From Mycoplasmatales bacterium (GTDB taxonomy: Bacteria > Bacillota_I > Bacilli_A > Mycoplasmatales > G965222545): a stretch of 64,000 nucleotides of DNA. Location: assembly GCA_965222545.1 (NCBI GenBank), contig OZ244954.1, positions 559,945 through 623,944 of the forward strand, written 5' to 3'. The notes below the pieces were generated by a model that worked only from the letters and a program-made list of their open reading frames with translations, was not told where the DNA came from and searched no databases. This document shows, piece by piece, positions 62,865 through 64,000 of the stretch. Every line of letters begins with the position of its first letter. Position 1 is the first letter of the stretch. The translations under genes and the position numbers were made by a program.

Positions 62865-63161
62865 TTAAAACAATCCCGTTGGCGCTTGTGCTAAAGGTCC
62901 CATAAAAGCTTTATGTTCTTCCTTAACTTTTTCAAGTGTTCTGTTTACTGCAACAATTAAAATATCCTGTAAATCATCTTTATCATCTAATAAATCTTTT
63001 TCATTTATTTTAATTGATGCTATTTTATGATCTCCTGTCATTGTTACTTCAACACCTTGATATTCACATGTAAATTGCTTTTCGTTAAATTCTTTTGTTT
63101 TTTTATCTAACGTGGCTTTCATTTGTTTTGCTTGAGCCATTAAATTATTCATATTAAACAT
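62865..63161 (-). CDS. ybaB: nucleoid-associated protein YbaB/EbfC (98 aa)
   Basis: MNNLMAQAKQMKA..VEVTMTGDHKIASIKINEKDL..DILIVAVNR. Upstream of recR, as is usual. Confidence 0.85.
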   Translation of the reverse strand: MFNMNNLMAQAKQMKATLDKKTKEFNEKQFTCEYQGVEVTMTGDHKIASIKINEKDLLDDKDDLQDILIVAVNRTLEKVKEEHKAFMGPLAQAPTGLF

Positions 63162-63576
63162 TTTCTTTTTCCTCCATAATATTTTTAAAATTATTAAAAA
63201 CTATTTTCCTTTCTTTTGTTATTATTTTACAATCTTCGCTGACGATTTTCTTATTATTTTTTTTAAATTCTTCTTTTGCTTGAGTTTTTTCTTTTGAATC
63301 AATAAAAATAAATTTATAATCAATATCAGTATCTAATATCTCTTGTTTTAATTCATCTATTTCTGCTAAAAGATTGTTGTCTTTTTTTTTGTGAAATAAA
63401 ATAACAACCTCATTGTTTGCTCCAATAATTATTGATTCTCGCAGGTGTTGAATTACTTTTCTTTTTTTAATAGTAAGGTTTTCTTGAAAGCTATATTTTA
63501 AAATTCTTCCATAGATTAGTAATTTTGCAACCTTGTTACATTTTTTTAATTCGTTACTTATTTGTTTTGGGTTCAT
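63154..63576 (-). CDS. hypothetical protein (140 aa) occupying the dnaX position upstream of ybaB-recR
   Basis: Uninterrupted ORF whose stop overlaps the ybaB start. An upstream in-frame TAA (63601-63603) excludes a long N-terminal extension. Resemblance to the C-terminal part of Firmicute DnaX is only impressionistic. Confidence 0.45.
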   Translation of the reverse strand: MNPKQISNELKKCNKVAKLLIYGRILKYSFQENLTIKKRKVIQHLRESIIIGANNEVVILFHKKKDNNLLAEIDELKQEILDTDIDYKFIFIDSKEKTQAKEEFKKNNKKIVSEDCKIITKERKIVFNNFKNIMEEKENV

Positions 63577-64000
63577 AATCAATAAATTGTTGGATTAACT
63601 CGCTATGCGGTTTAAATCCTGCCATAGAAATAATTTGTGAAGTTTTATTATCGTTAAAAGATGCGCCTCAATAAATTTTATCTTTATTTTTGTTAAACAC
63701 TAGAAATGACGCTTCCTTTTCACTTTTTATTTTTTCACATTTTTGCATATCATCTTTAATATCAAGAGGGCTTCCAACTGATGTTAAAACCATATCAAAA
63801 GAGCTATAAAGCACTGGATAAGCTTTTTCTGGATTATAATGCGCCTCTTTACCAAGAATATTATTTGCAACTATTCTGCCTTGCTCTAAAGCTGGAAATC
63901 ATAGCATTTTTGTCATATGTGGGGGAATTTCAATAATGTCTCCAGCAGCATAAACATCATCAACGCTTGTTTTTAAAGTTGTATCAACAACTATTCCTTT
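63554..64000 (-). CDS. FAD-dependent pyridine nucleotide-disulfide oxidoreductase (NADH oxidase/CoA-disulfide reductase-like), 3' part only
   Basis: Hand translation gives KGIVVDTTLKTSVDDVYAAGDIIEIP...ALEQGRIVANNILG. TAA at 63554. The 5' end lies beyond the window. Confidence 0.7.

Overview
Very AT-rich Mollicutes-type (Mycoplasma-like) chromosome segment that must be read with genetic code 4 (UGA = Trp). Conserved genes such as tuf, fusA, fucI, pyrG, argS, gltX and metG are contiguous only if in-frame TGA is translated, so the supplied ORF track fragments most genes. I re-joined fragments by hand and checked that each start-to-stop length is divisible by 3.

Housekeeping backbone:
- rpsJ-rplC
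- pepF, tuf
- rpsL-rpsG-fusA
- msrB, fba
- rpoE-pyrG
- argS, an HD-domain hydrolase, gltX
- an amino-acid permease, mnmG, folD
- metG, rsmI, tmk, recR, ybaB

Accessory or unusual blocks:
1. 1-8762: a head-to-tail array of five complete 1.65-1.76 kb genes plus one partial copy. They encode membrane-anchored beta-propeller-like proteins.
2. 8873-12291: a fucI plus FGGY-kinase pair.
3. 12400-14651: an EcoRI-like N6-adenine methyltransferase translationally coupled to a DUF262(DGQQR-like)-HNH nuclease. The methylase 5' end carries a G/C homopolymer.
4. 14559-21532: a 3.49 kb tandem duplication.
   - It copies two paralogous secreted or anchored protein genes.
   - It creates a methylase-5'::rplC-3' chimera.
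   - Nothing but rpsJ-rplC remains of the S10 operon here.
5. 28062-31279: two head-to-head paralogous membrane-protein genes. They share about 190 bp inverted-repeat 5' ends, and the spacer consists of two 189 bp direct repeats.
6. About 38.3-49.1 kb: a defence-type island.
   - a decayed J-domain gene
   - a solitary OLD-family ATPase-TOPRIM nuclease
   - a Type III mod-res cassette bracketed by direct repeats derived from a membrane-protein gene
   - three tandem Abi_2(AbiD/F)-like genes, all disrupted

I found no rRNA, tRNA, CRISPR array, transposase or integrase.
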